Assembly: GCA_028688325.1 (NCBI GenBank)
Contig: JAQTYI010000002.1
Location: forward strand, 9,395 to 73,394
Length of the DNA: 64,000 nucleotides
From: Candidatus Portnoybacteria bacterium
GTDB taxonomy: Bacteria > Patescibacteriota > Minisyncoccia > Portnoybacterales > GWB1-42-6
Reading direction: 5' to 3'
Shown here: positions 38,983-49,394 of the stretch, piece by piece
Numbering within the stretch: position 1 is the first letter of the stretch
Layout: each line of letters starts with the position of its first letter
Notes under the pieces: generated by a model
The model's input: the letters and a program-made list of their open reading frames with translations, nothing else
The model's database searches: none
What the model was told of the DNA's origin: nothing
Translations under genes and position numbers: made by a program

Positions 38983-39123
38983 AGCGAGGGAGTTCGTTTT
39001 AAAACGCTCAATCCGACGAGCGGGCACGGTTTCCCGCTTTAGCGGGAAGAGCGAGGAGGATTGGCGAGTGAAATTTTCCTGGCTGGGGAAAATTTCACGA
39101 TTTTAAAACCGACTCCCGAGCGC
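38983..39123. repeat. Multi-stem repeat family B, copy 1
   Basis: Shares blocks CGAGCGGGCACGGTTTC, GAAGAGCGA and CCTGGCTGGGGAAA with 54163-54300. Partial copy at 38886-38919. Confidence 0.8.
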
Positions 39124-40002
39124 TTATTTATAATAGACCTTATTCGCCATCCTCAAATCCACATATTTCAGCCCGGCTCCCTTATTTTTTATTTCATTAT
39201 TCAGTAAAGCGTCCAAAACCCTGGCCTGCGCTTGGGCAGCGCGGCTTAAATTAAAATAGGCCAGCCAGCCCTCGCCGGTAAAAGCGACCAAGCTTTGGGT
39301 GTCGCCGGCCATCAGAGTGAAACCGGACAGATCCGCTCCGCTTTCCCGCAGTTGTTTTTTTATTTGCGCGGCAAATTTAATTGTTGAAGACGCGACCGCG
39401 CTGTTGCCAGGGCCGATATTTTGGCCCGGCTGGCTGAAAAATGTCGGCAAAGCGGTGCCAAAAATTTCCGGCGCTTCGCGGAAAACCAATCCGTCATCAT
39501 CCATAAAGAAGCATCCGTTGCTTTGCGGCATAAGAAAAAACATCTCCGTTGTTGTCGCGCTGTTCCCGGTCTGCGCCGCGTTTTGGCACCAAAAAGCCGC
39601 TGCCTGGCGCCCTTTCACAGTTATTTTGACCCCCTTGAAGATGTTTTTATCCACCGCCACGCTAACTGCCTCGGGAAAAGATCCCATAATCTTATCAGAT
39701 AGGTCGCTGCTGGAAAACATCAGCCAATTATCCCTGGGAATCTTTTTCCATATCTTCGCCCGGAAAAAATCATCCGCCAGTTCCTGCGCTTGCGCCGCAG
39801 CGGTGAAATTCACACCCTCGACGGCCAGTTTTTTTATCTTCAGGACAGGCGAGAAAATCGCCAAATATAAAAGCCCGGTCAGGGCTAATAGCAAGATTCC
39901 CAACCAAAGCCATACCCGCCAATTGATTGCGAACTTACGGCGGCTGGCTTTAACCGAGATAGCAAAAATTTTAGAGCGTTTTTTTCTCCGATAAGCGAAC
40001 AT
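39124..40002 (-). CDS. FtsQ/DivIB-like cell division protein
   Basis: Basic N-terminus, TM segment, SPVLKIKKLAVEG POTRA-like start, C-terminal YVDLR..KVYYK. Confidence 0.75.
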   Translation of the reverse strand: MFAYRRKKRSKIFAISVKASRRKFAINWRVWLWLGILLLALTGLLYLAIFSPVLKIKKLAVEGVNFTAAAQAQELADDFFRAKIWKKIPRDNWLMFSSSDLSDKIMGSFPEAVSVAVDKNIFKGVKITVKGRQAAAFWCQNAAQTGNSATTTEMFFLMPQSNGCFFMDDDGLVFREAPEIFGTALPTFFSQPGQNIGPGNSAVASSTIKFAAQIKKQLRESGADLSGFTLMAGDTQSLVAFTGEGWLAYFNLSRAAQAQARVLDALLNNEIKNKGAGLKYVDLRMANKVYYK

Positions 40003-40147
40003 AATATCCGGATTTTTTACCCGCCAAATCCGCCCCGGGCGAAGAAGGAGGGCTATTTCTTACTTTTATTTTATACCCTGACCGGCATTGAGGCAAATCA
40101 GTTATCTACAAAAAAGAAAAACCGCCAAGACCCGGTCTTGGCGGTTT

Positions 40148-40522
40148 TTATGCTTTTTTCATTTTCCGTAAAACTTCCCAGACATCATCGGGGATCGGTG
40201 GCGGCTCGCGCAACGGGCTCACGCCCGGATAGCGCCAGGCGGAAATGATAATTATCTGCTCTCCGTCAGGATTGAATTTAGTTTTGACTTTTGAGTTTTG
40301 ACTTTTGAGTTTTTGTTGCCACATCACCCAGATCTCAAACGGATGCTTGGCGCTTCCGGCCGGCTGCATGCCCGCCACCGTGTTTTCCGCCACGCCCACT
40401 TCCAGGCGTTTGGGATGGCGCAGCACTCTTTTGACGCGGCTGGCCGACAAACCATACCGGCGCATCTTCCCTTTGACATGGTCGGTCCAGTAATAATTTT
40501 CCCTGATATTTTGCAGATTCAT
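40148..40522 (-). CDS. Hypothetical protein (DUF4258-like)
   Basis: WTDHVKGKMRRYGLS...IIISAWRYPG. Confidence 0.65.
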   Translation of the reverse strand: MNLQNIRENYYWTDHVKGKMRRYGLSASRVKRVLRHPKRLEVGVAENTVAGMQPAGSAKHPFEIWVMWQQKLKSQNSKVKTKFNPDGEQIIIISAWRYPGVSPLREPPPIPDDVWEVLRKMKKA

Positions 40523-40609
40523 ACTCTTTATTTATGTCTATATTATAGCAACGACAAAAATAAAAAACCACCGCCAAACTTTAGTTCAACGGTGGCTGGC
40601 AAGAACAGC

Positions 40610-41248
40610 TCATTCAACAAAATTTATTTTTAAGCTTCTGAAATCAAATGGATTTTCCTCATCTTTAACATCGTTCTCAAAAACCATAAAATGAAGGTGA
40701 TCTCGGTCTGTCCAGCCGGTTTTACCGACTTTGGCGATCACATCCCCCTCCGAAACAAGAGACCCGATTGAAAAACGGACGGAATTTTTTTCTAGATGAC
40801 AGTACTGCGAGTATTCAATGCTGTGACCGAGATCGTGCGCCAGATGCTTTATAGTCACATAATTCAGCTTGTCTCGATAAGCGGGGTCATCTCCCCATTC
40901 ATCAAAATGATCTACGATATCCACCACTACGCCCGATTGCGCGGCCAAAACGCCTGTTCCGTCCGGAACCAAAAAATCAATCGCGTGTGAAAACGGGCCG
41001 ATGTGAGACTCGGGACTGGCAGCGGTTAAAAAAGGGCCGACCCTTTTTAGCTGATCAGCCGGAATCCCCTGCGCCAACGAATCTCCCGCCTTTATCACGC
41101 TTTCATTCTTTAAGGATAATGGAAAGTTGTAAATGAGCGCCGATGAGCTTTTAGATTTCCTCCACGCCTTATTCGCCTCCAAACATCTCTTACTAAAATC
41201 ATCCATGGACATCCTCCCTATTTGCTCCCTTGATATTTTATTTATCAT
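40610..41248 (-). CDS. M23 family metallopeptidase
   Basis: HAIDF, YCHL and GKTG..HLHF motifs. Confidence 0.85.
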   Translation of the reverse strand: MINKISREQIGRMSMDDFSKRCLEANKAWRKSKSSSALIYNFPLSLKNESVIKAGDSLAQGIPADQLKRVGPFLTAASPESHIGPFSHAIDFLVPDGTGVLAAQSGVVVDIVDHFDEWGDDPAYRDKLNYVTIKHLAHDLGHSIEYSQYCHLEKNSVRFSIGSLVSEGDVIAKVGKTGWTDRDHLHFMVFENDVKDEENPFDFRSLKINFVE

Positions 41249-41288
41249 CAGTAATAATAACGGCCGCTTGTTACTCTGTCAATGTTTT

Positions 41289-42740
41289 TTAATCTTGTTT
41301 TTCCCGCATCGCCGGAAATAAAATTACCTCACGCATAGTAGGAGCGTTGGTTAATATCATCACCAAACGGTCGATGCCGATACCCCAGCCGGCGGCCGGC
41401 GGCATGCCGTATTCCAAGGCGTCAATGAAATCCTGGTCGAACCGTTGGATTTCCTCATCCTTGGCGTGATGGTGTTCTTGTTTTTTCATACGGCTCGCTT
41501 GGTCTTGTGGGTCGTTCAATTCGGAATAGGCATTTATCAATTCGGTTCCGGCAACAATTAGCTGGAACCTGGCGGCTTCTTGCGGGTCCTCATCAGACGC
41601 CTTGGCCAACGGAGACATCTCTAGCGGATGATTTATCACAAAAGTCGGCTGAATTATTTTTGACCGGATAGTTTTGAAAAGCTCGTCCACCATTTTGCAG
41701 GCGGGCATATCCTCATCGATTTTTTCTCCGGCCTTGACCAGGGTTTTCACCAGCACCTCCTTGCCGCAATCTTTAATATCGATATCGTAATATTCTTTTA
41801 TCAGATCGGCCATCGCCACGCGCTTAAATGGAGGGGAAAGATTTATTTTTTCTCCCTGATATTCGATTTCCAGCTCGGGTACCAAAAATTCAAACATCTC
41901 TTCGGTCAGCTCCATCAGCTGCTCGTAGTCGGCATAGGCCCAATAAAATTCCAAGATGGTAAAATCCGGATTGTGCAATTTATCCATTCCCTCGTTCCGG
42001 AAACACCGGCCCAGCTCATAAACCTTTTCGAATCCACCCACCAAAAGACGCTTCAAATACAGCTCCGGCGCCACGCGCAAATATAAATCCATATCCAACG
42101 CATTCAGGTGCGTTTTAAACGGCTTGGCCAATGCGCCGCCTGGCAAGGCCTGCAATATAGGCGTTTCCACTTCCATAAATCCCTTGCCTTCCAAAAATGC
42201 GCGCATATTCTTGATTATTTCGCTGCGCATTTTAAATCTTTCCCGCGCATCCCTGTCCATCACCAAATCCAGATAGCGGTGGCGGAATCGCTCCTCAACA
42301 TCTTTCAGGCCGTGCCACTTATCCGGTAGCTGGTTAAGCGACTTTGACAATAATTTTATTTTTCTAACCAGCAGGGTTTTCTCTTCCGTTTGCGTTTTGA
42401 AAAGCTCTCCTTGCGCTTCAATAAAATCGCCGATATCAAAATTGTCTGCGAATAATTTATATTCTGCTTCACCCAAAACATCTTTTTTGAAAAAAAGTTG
42501 GATTTGGCCGGAAACATCTTCCAAGCGCGCAAAGCACGAACCGCCATGCAAACGCAAGAGGCGCAAGCGGCCGGCTAAAATTATTTCTTTTTTTGTTCGT
42601 GCATATTCGTCGAATTTTTCCAGCACCTGCTCAGCCAAAAACCGGCCATGCGCCGTTTGCGCCGGATAAGGATTTACGCCCGACTCTTTCAGCCGGGTCA
42701 ATTTTTCCAAACGGTCGTTTTTTATTTTTTCCAGAGACAT
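41289..42740 (-). CDS. lysS: Lysine--tRNA ligase (class II)
   Basis: RHRYLDL, APELYLKRL, FRNEG, HNPDF and GMPPAAGWGIGIDR motifs. Confidence 0.97.
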   Translation of the reverse strand: MSLEKIKNDRLEKLTRLKESGVNPYPAQTAHGRFLAEQVLEKFDEYARTKKEIILAGRLRLLRLHGGSCFARLEDVSGQIQLFFKKDVLGEAEYKLFADNFDIGDFIEAQGELFKTQTEEKTLLVRKIKLLSKSLNQLPDKWHGLKDVEERFRHRYLDLVMDRDARERFKMRSEIIKNMRAFLEGKGFMEVETPILQALPGGALAKPFKTHLNALDMDLYLRVAPELYLKRLLVGGFEKVYELGRCFRNEGMDKLHNPDFTILEFYWAYADYEQLMELTEEMFEFLVPELEIEYQGEKINLSPPFKRVAMADLIKEYYDIDIKDCGKEVLVKTLVKAGEKIDEDMPACKMVDELFKTIRSKIIQPTFVINHPLEMSPLAKASDEDPQEAARFQLIVAGTELINAYSELNDPQDQASRMKKQEHHHAKDEEIQRFDQDFIDALEYGMPPAAGWGIGIDRLVMILTNAPTMREVILFPAMREKQD

Positions 42741-42787
42741 ATATAATTATAATTCAATTTAAAATCCGCATCTCTTCCGCGCATACG

Positions 42788-43031
42788 AAAAATTTTGTTA
42801 TAAAATCCTGGCGAGCCGAGCGTCTAAAATTGCCAGCGGGACAAGAGAACGGAGCGAATCGAGTTGTCCGCGGCGATTTTAGCAAGGCGAGGCGGATTTT
42901 ATATAAAATATATTTACTTGCTCGCTCGGAAATAAAAGTAATAACTTCTATTTCGCTCACTCGCTTCTTAAATCAAAATTTTATCGTCGCGCGCAGTCTT
43001 TTGGCTACTTTTCTGCTGCCAGAAAAGTAGC
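42788..43031. repeat. Multi-stem repeat family C, copy 1
   Basis: CGTCTAAAAT..GCGATTTTAG and GTCTTTTGGCTACTTTTCTG-N4-CAGAAAAGTAGC shared with 49201-49384. Confidence 0.7.
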
Positions 43032-43092
43032 GAGATAAATATTGATAAAAAATCCTGGATCCCGGGTCAAGCATGGGATGACAATTTATTTA

Positions 43093-43545
43093 TTAGCTTA
43101 AAGCCACTATCTTGTAGGTTGTTTTGCCGCCGGGGGTTTCAACCTCCACCGTATCGCCGGCTTTGTGGCCCAAAAATGCTTTGCCCAAAGGCGATTCGTT
43201 GGAAATTTTGCCGCCCGCCGGGTTGGCCTCCTCGGAGCCCACAATGGCGAATTCCTGGCTTTTTCCGTTGGCGCGCACTTCAACGGTTGAGCCGATATGC
43301 GCAATACTTGAACGACGATTTTTGTCTATTATGGTCGCTTCCCGCAATAATTGCTCCAATTCCAGTATTTTTCCTTCGTTGAATGCCTGGGCTTCGCGCG
43401 CAGAAATATATTCCTGATTTTCCGAAAGGTCTCCCAGGGCTTTGGCTTCTTCAATGCGCGCGGCGACTTCCTGGCGCTTAAGCTTTAATTCTTCCAATTC
43501 CTGCTTATGTTGCCGAAATCCTTCCTCGCTCAAGTACTGTGGCAT
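43093..43545 (-). CDS. greA: Transcription elongation factor GreA
   Basis: GDLSENQEY and ISNESPLGKA motifs. Confidence 0.96.
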   Translation of the reverse strand: MPQYLSEEGFRQHKQELEELKLKRQEVAARIEEAKALGDLSENQEYISAREAQAFNEGKILELEQLLREATIIDKNRRSSIAHIGSTVEVRANGKSQEFAIVGSEEANPAGGKISNESPLGKAFLGHKAGDTVEVETPGGKTTYKIVALS

Positions 43546-43666
43546 ATCCTGAAAATTTCTAAATCCTAATTTCTAATCTTTAATCCCGTCCCGCAAAGCG
43601 GGACCTTATTGCCGCCCTGCGGGCGGTCATCCGAAGGATGAAAAATTGAAAATTGAAAATTGAAAA

Positions 43667-45601
43667 TTATTGTTTATAGTATTCCTTCAAGACCTCTTTT
43701 ATGACCGGCATGGCCACTTGGCTTCCTTCGCCCGCTTTTTCCACCAGAACGACCAGAACCATCTGCGGATTATCGTATGGGGCGAATACGACTCCCCAGG
43801 CGTTCGGGCTGGCATTCCCCGCCACCTGGGCGGTGCCGGTCTTAGCGCCAACCGCCACGGGCAAGTCATTAAGCAGAAGCGCCGAACCGTCGGTGACGGT
43901 TTGGCGCATGGCTTTTTTTATGACGGCAAAGTTCGCTTCGTCAATGAAATTTCGGCTGATGATTTTTGGCTCAACATTAACAATAACATTCTTGTCTGAA
44001 TCAATGATTTTGTCAACTACATGCGGCTTCAAAACTTTTCCGCCGTTTAAAATGGCGGCGGTGGCCGCGGCCATCTGTAAAGGAGTCGCCAGAAGGTCGC
44101 CCTGCCCAATGGAAATATGATAGGTATCGCCGGTATACCAGTCCTCTTTTTTGACCTGCTGTTTCCATCGCTCGCTCGGCACAAGGCCGCTGCCCTCTCC
44201 GGGCAGATCAATGCCCAAGATATTGCCGAACCCGAACAATTTGAAATATTTTTCCAAGTTTCCCATTCCCAGCCCTTTTATATTACCATATCCGCCGCCG
44301 ACTGTATAGAAATAAACATCGCAGGACTGGGCGATAGCGGAATAGATGTTCACTGTGCCATGCGCTTTCCAGTCGGCAAAACGATAGATGATGCTGGAAT
44401 CGTATTGATTCATCAAGGCAAGCTCTCCCGGATCATAAATCGATGTGCCCGGAGTAACAATTTTTTCCTGCAGCGCCGCGGCGCCTATCAGCGGCTTTAC
44501 TGTAGAACCCGGCGGATATTGGCCGGATACGACCCTGTTGAACAACGGCTGAGTGGGATTATTCGCCAAGTCGCCGTAATCCTTGGAAGAAAAATTCTGT
44601 CCGAAAAGATTATTGTCAAAAGACGGGAAGCTCGCCATCGCCAGGACGCCGCCGCTTGAAGGATCTATGGCCACTGCGGCGGCCCTTTTTAATTGTCGGC
44701 TCTGCAAAGCACGGCTTAAACTGCCGTAAAGAAGTTCCTGCAACCGGCTGTCAATGGCCAGAACCAACCCCTGCCCGTCTTTTGCTTTTTGTTCCGACAC
44801 CTCGCCTTTTAACCGCCCCATTGAGTCAACTTCCAGTAGGCGCTGGCCGGGAGTTCCCCGTAAAATTTTTTCGTAAAACGCTTCCAATCCATTTTTGCCG
44901 ATCTTTTCCGTTAAAAAATAATCCGGATTCTCGACAATATCCCGGCCGGTCAACTTTCCCAAATATCCCAAAATGTGGGAGTATTGAGGGCCGCTAACAT
45001 ATTGGCGGGAAATATTCTGTTCGATGCGGAACCCGGGCAGTTCATTCAACTCCGCTTGAATTTCAAGCATTTTTTTGTGCTCCAAACCGTCAATGACGAT
45101 GGCCGAGGAGTTATACTTTGAATTAATATCGCCGATTTCCTTCAATATTTCCTCTTGGGGCGCGCCGGAAATATCGGCCGCCTTTTTTATTACTTCCCGG
45201 CGCACGGCAGCATCCCTGGGTAAGTCCGGCAAGCTCACCACGAGATTGAAACTGGGCGCGTTAAAAACCAGCTGCTTCATATTTTTATCATAAATGATCC
45301 CGCGCGCCGCGAAAATCGGCAAAGACCGGGTGCGGTTTTTCTCGGCCAAATTCTTGAAATATCCGCTGTTCCAAATTTGCAAATAGGCGGCCTGCCCCGT
45401 CAAGACCAAAAAAGCGCCTAAAATTATCGCCCCAAAAAGCCGAAAAATTCTGCGCCTGATGGGCACCTCTATTTTTTGCTCTTCCAAATCCGACGATTTG
45501 GTCGCATCAAGCAAAATTTCCTCCGGTTCTATCGTTTCTTTGAATATCGTTCTTATCTTGAATTTATCCAGGTTTTTATTTAATTTTGGCAAGTGGTCCA
45601 T
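43667..45601 (-). CDS. mrdA: Penicillin-binding protein 2
   Basis: RGIIYD, PGSTVK, SCD and KTGTAQ motifs; next to mreBCD. Confidence 0.93.
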   Translation of the reverse strand: MDHLPKLNKNLDKFKIRTIFKETIEPEEILLDATKSSDLEEQKIEVPIRRRIFRLFGAIILGAFLVLTGQAAYLQIWNSGYFKNLAEKNRTRSLPIFAARGIIYDKNMKQLVFNAPSFNLVVSLPDLPRDAAVRREVIKKAADISGAPQEEILKEIGDINSKYNSSAIVIDGLEHKKMLEIQAELNELPGFRIEQNISRQYVSGPQYSHILGYLGKLTGRDIVENPDYFLTEKIGKNGLEAFYEKILRGTPGQRLLEVDSMGRLKGEVSEQKAKDGQGLVLAIDSRLQELLYGSLSRALQSRQLKRAAAVAIDPSSGGVLAMASFPSFDNNLFGQNFSSKDYGDLANNPTQPLFNRVVSGQYPPGSTVKPLIGAAALQEKIVTPGTSIYDPGELALMNQYDSSIIYRFADWKAHGTVNIYSAIAQSCDVYFYTVGGGYGNIKGLGMGNLEKYFKLFGFGNILGIDLPGEGSGLVPSERWKQQVKKEDWYTGDTYHISIGQGDLLATPLQMAAATAAILNGGKVLKPHVVDKIIDSDKNVIVNVEPKIISRNFIDEANFAVIKKAMRQTVTDGSALLLNDLPVAVGAKTGTAQVAGNASPNAWGVVFAPYDNPQMVLVVLVEKAGEGSQVAMPVIKEVLKEYYKQ

Positions 45602-46109
45602 GATTTTTAAGTATTTTCATATTGTTTAAAGCCCAAAGAAAGGACAAGCTAAGAATCCCGTTATATAAAACGCCGATCGGTAAAACGGCATAGAAGTAGA
45701 AAGGCGACAGAACAACCGGCTCGGCTAAATGCCAAATTGAAAAAACATAACCCAGTAAAATCCTGAAAAATTCATAAGACAACAAGCCGACAAAGGCCAG
45801 CGACAAAACCGCCAAAAAATCATTTTGCTTTAAAAAAGTGTTCTCCATCCGTTCGATAAAAAAATACATCAGCCATAAACTGAGCGCAAAAAGACCAAAC
45901 GGCCGGCCCGCAGCCAGCTCAAAAAACAGGATGGGAATCAAAATAAGCCAGGCGTTTTTTCGTTCCGATTGCCAGACCGCGACAGCCAAAATGCCGGATA
46001 AAATTAAATTGGGCGCGACCGCCAAAACGGCCAGGCGCGCCGCTACGGTCAGCTGCAAGACCGCGATAATGATTGAAAATAAAACTGCAAAAAAAATCCG
46101 CATAATCAT
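45576..46109 (-). CDS. mreD: Rod shape-determining protein MreD (divergent)
   Basis: Hydrophobic, contains PNLIL; lies between mreC and mrdA. Confidence 0.75.
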   Translation of the reverse strand: MIMRIFFAVLFSIIIAVLQLTVAARLAVLAVAPNLILSGILAVAVWQSERKNAWLILIPILFFELAAGRPFGLFALSLWLMYFFIERMENTFLKQNDFLAVLSLAFVGLLSYEFFRILLGYVFSIWHLAEPVVLSPFYFYAVLPIGVLYNGILSLSFLWALNNMKILKNHGPLAKIK

Positions 46110-46140
46110 TTATTCTCTTTATATCCGCTGAGTTTCGCCG

Positions 46141-46941
46141 CTATTGAACAATCACAAAAACCTGCTCCAAATTTTTAATTTCCATTGCCGGCGTTATGGA
46201 AGCGCGTTGAAAAATATCATTGGCCTTTTTGACGACATCCGTTATTTTTCCGATAATCAGGTCTTTCGGGACGCCGTCATTCAATCCCGATGTCAACACT
46301 GTTTCTCCGACATTGATCCGGACATCAATCGGTATCATTTCCATCGCCACGCCAAGACCGTGGCTTCCCTTGACGGCCCCGCCCACCCGCGTATCCTGAG
46401 TCACCGCATTCACGGACGAATTGCTGTCAAAAATCAAAAGCACCTTGGAATGATTTCCTTCGACTTCAGCCACTCGGCCGATCAAAAAGTCATTGGCCGC
46501 GACCACCGCCTGCCCCGCCGACAGGCCGTCCGCTCTGCCTTTGTCTATCAAAAAATACTGGCCCAAAACGGGATTATATCCGACAACATCCGCCATCACC
46601 GACCGGCGATTGGCCGTTTCGTCGTTCTCTAAATGCCGGCGCAACGCTTCATTTTCCCTGGCCGTTTCTTTTAATCGCGACACCTCTCCCAAAAGCGCCA
46701 GATTGGCATTTTTTAAATTAGCATTCTCTTTGTTCAGGTCTTTGATTTCCACAAAAAAATCCCAAGCGCCCGAAAATCCCTTATCAACGGAACGGAATAA
46801 TTTTAAAAACGGGCCGGCGGTCCAAAGCGCCAGATCCTTGGCGGGCGAGAGCAAGCCGCAAAAATTAAAAAAAATCAGCAGCAAGATTACCGCCAAGACC
46901 GCAAAAAAGTTAATTAATTTTGATTTATTTACATTTTTCAT
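46141..46941 (-). CDS. mreC: Rod shape-determining protein MreC
   Basis: TM segment, coiled coil (ENEALR), IDKG and TSGL..P motifs. Confidence 0.93.
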   Translation of the reverse strand: MKNVNKSKLINFFAVLAVILLLIFFNFCGLLSPAKDLALWTAGPFLKLFRSVDKGFSGAWDFFVEIKDLNKENANLKNANLALLGEVSRLKETARENEALRRHLENDETANRRSVMADVVGYNPVLGQYFLIDKGRADGLSAGQAVVAANDFLIGRVAEVEGNHSKVLLIFDSNSSVNAVTQDTRVGGAVKGSHGLGVAMEMIPIDVRINVGETVLTSGLNDGVPKDLIIGKITDVVKKANDIFQRASITPAMEIKNLEQVFVIVQ

Positions 46942-47036
46942 TGAATAACTCTCTTCTTTTCTTCCGCGTGATTCCGCGAAACTACGCTAAATTGCAGAGG
47001 ATAAACGCAGAAATAAGTTCCGCGTTTATCCGCGGC

Positions 47037-48095
47037 TTATCTGGGCACTTCCCTGTATTGAGGCGAGACCAAAACTTCGCTTAGTCGCTCAATATCTTCC
47101 AAGACAATGCCGCATCCCCGCACCACCGCGGTCAAAGGATCTTCGGCCACCCGCACCGGCATTTGCGTTTCCTCGGCCACCAATTTGTCCAGCCCCCTCA
47201 GCAAGCTGCCGCCGCCCGACAAGACAATGCCGCGCTCCATGATGTCAGCCACTAACTCCGGCGGCGTTTGCTCAACAGCGGCTCGAATGGTATTAACTAA
47301 TATTTTTACGGACCTGGCCATGGCTTCCCTAATCTCAAAATCGCTCACCATCAATTCTTTGGGCAAGCCGTTGATAAGATCGCGGCCGCGCATCAAGGCC
47401 TTAGATTTTTCGTTCATATCATAAGCCGAACCAATGGAAATTTTAATATCTTCGGCGGTCCGCTCGCCAAGCAATAATTTAAATTCATCCCGCGCATATT
47501 TAATGATATCCTCATTCAATTTGTCGCCGGCAATCCGCAAACTTTTGCTGATGACTATTCCGCCAAGAGAAATTATCGCCACTTCACAAGTGCCTCCGCC
47601 GATATCCACTATCATATTGCCCACTGCGTCCTGCACGGGTAAGCGTGCGCCAATCGCCGCGGCCATTGGCTCCTCTATCAAAAAAACCTCGCGAGCCCCC
47701 GCGTTGCGCGCCGCATCTTCCACGGCCCGCTTTTCCACCTCCGTCACACCGCAAGGCACGCCGATAACCACCCTGGGCCGCGCCAAAAAAGACAAATTTT
47801 TGTTATTCACCTGGCCGATGAAATATCTGAGCATCTGCTCGGTCACTTCAAAATCCGAGATTACTCCGTCAACCAGAGGGCGCGTCGCCACGATATGGCC
47901 GGGAGTGCGGCCCACCATTCTTTTGGCTTCATTGCCGATCGCTAAAATCTGGCCGGTCTTTTGGTTAACCGCCACTACCGACGGCTCATTGATGACAATG
48001 CCTCGGCCGCGGACATAAACCAAAGTATTGGCCGTGCCCAAATCGATGCCGATGTCTTTTGAAAAATTTCCGAAAATTTTGCTTATCATAATCAA
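47037..48095 (-). CDS. mreB: Rod shape-determining protein MreB
   Basis: GIDLGTANT, EPSVVA and DIGGGT motifs. Confidence 0.96.
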   Translation of the reverse strand: MIMISKIFGNFSKDIGIDLGTANTLVYVRGRGIVINEPSVVAVNQKTGQILAIGNEAKRMVGRTPGHIVATRPLVDGVISDFEVTEQMLRYFIGQVNNKNLSFLARPRVVIGVPCGVTEVEKRAVEDAARNAGAREVFLIEEPMAAAIGARLPVQDAVGNMIVDIGGGTCEVAIISLGGIVISKSLRIAGDKLNEDIIKYARDEFKLLLGERTAEDIKISIGSAYDMNEKSKALMRGRDLINGLPKELMVSDFEIREAMARSVKILVNTIRAAVEQTPPELVADIMERGIVLSGGGSLLRGLDKLVAEETQMPVRVAEDPLTAVVRGCGIVLEDIERLSEVLVSPQYREVPR

Positions 48096-49168
48096 AATAA
48101 TCTCGCTATGTCTTTCAAAGTTATCACAACCATCAATAAAATCAAGAAAACAAAGCCCGCCGCGTGAACCGCCTTTTCCACCGACTCGCTCACCGGCGAA
48201 CCCTTTATTTTTTCTATTATCAGAAAAAGGACCCGCCCGCCGTCCAGCGCCGGAAAAGGCAGGGCATTAACGATGGCCAGATTTATCGAAAGGAAGGCGG
48301 CCAGCTGCAGCAGATAGACAAAACCCATTTGCGCGGCCTGTCCGGTTATCATATAGACGCCCACCGGCCCCACCACTCCGCCCGCCGCGCCGCCGGAGCT
48401 GAAAAACTTCCAGATGATATATGCCAAGGAAGAAATAATGACCCAAATTAGAACAAAAACGGTTTTTACGCCTTCATATATCGCCTGATACCAGGGAAAA
48501 GCTATTTTGGCCACGCGCGCCAGTCCCACGCCCATTGCGCCCTCGCCTTGAGGCGGATTGGAGCGCGGCACGATATTTATCTGAAATTGCGACTGCCCTC
48601 TTTTGAGCCACACGGAAATTTCCTTTCCCTTGTTTCTATCAACGAAGCCCTGAAAATCAACGACTTTTTTGACATCCGATAATTGGTTGCCAGACGCGTT
48701 GGCGCCCAAAACGATATCCCCCGCTTTGATGCCGGCACTCTCTGCCGGCGAGCCGGCCGCGATCTGAGTTATCTGAACTATTGCGCCGTTAATATTTTGG
48801 GCGTCGTCTATCGTTTGAGGCAGGCCTATCATATAGCCCATGCTAAGCAGCAATATCGCCAAGATTATATTCATTGTCACCCCTGCCAGCAAAACAATGG
48901 CACGCTGCCAGGCCTTTTTGGCGGCAAAAGAATGAGTGCTGTTTTTTTCTTCCCCATCCTCACCAAAAATTTTAACAAATCCCCCCAGCGGAATCAGATT
49001 AATAGAATAAATTGTCTCACCTCTTTTCACGCCAAAGAGCCGAGGCGGAAAACCGAACCCGAATTCCTCCACGCGTATGCCCATCTTCTTGGCGGCAAAA
49101 AAATGCCCAAGCTCATGGACAAAGACCAGCGGGCCCAATATTAAAATAAAAGCGATGACGGTTAGCAT
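48092..49168 (-). CDS. rseP: RIP metalloprotease RseP
   Basis: HELGH, PDZ domain and NALPFPALDGG. Confidence 0.94.
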   Translation of the reverse strand: MLTVIAFILILGPLVFVHELGHFFAAKKMGIRVEEFGFGFPPRLFGVKRGETIYSINLIPLGGFVKIFGEDGEEKNSTHSFAAKKAWQRAIVLLAGVTMNIILAILLLSMGYMIGLPQTIDDAQNINGAIVQITQIAAGSPAESAGIKAGDIVLGANASGNQLSDVKKVVDFQGFVDRNKGKEISVWLKRGQSQFQINIVPRSNPPQGEGAMGVGLARVAKIAFPWYQAIYEGVKTVFVLIWVIISSLAYIIWKFFSSGGAAGGVVGPVGVYMITGQAAQMGFVYLLQLAAFLSINLAIVNALPFPALDGGRVLFLIIEKIKGSPVSESVEKAVHAAGFVFLILLMVVITLKDIARLF

Positions 49169-49200
49169 TAACTTAGATTAAAATCATTTTCAAGCCGCCC

Positions 49201-49384
49201 ATAGCGAAAAAATAATCAGAAAATCGAGATGAGCGAGTCGTCTAAAATCGCGTGCTGTGGTGGGGCCCCGACCGTCAGGTCGGGGCGTTGCGGATAGCGA
49301 TTTTAGACGAGCGAATCCGATTTTCTTTATTTTTTACGCTCGGGCGCGGTCTTTTGGCTACTTTTCTGCCGACAGAAAAGTAGC
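49201..49384. repeat. Multi-stem repeat family C, copy 2
   Basis: Same motifs as 42788-43031. Confidence 0.7.
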
Positions 49385-49394
49385 AAGAAAAATT

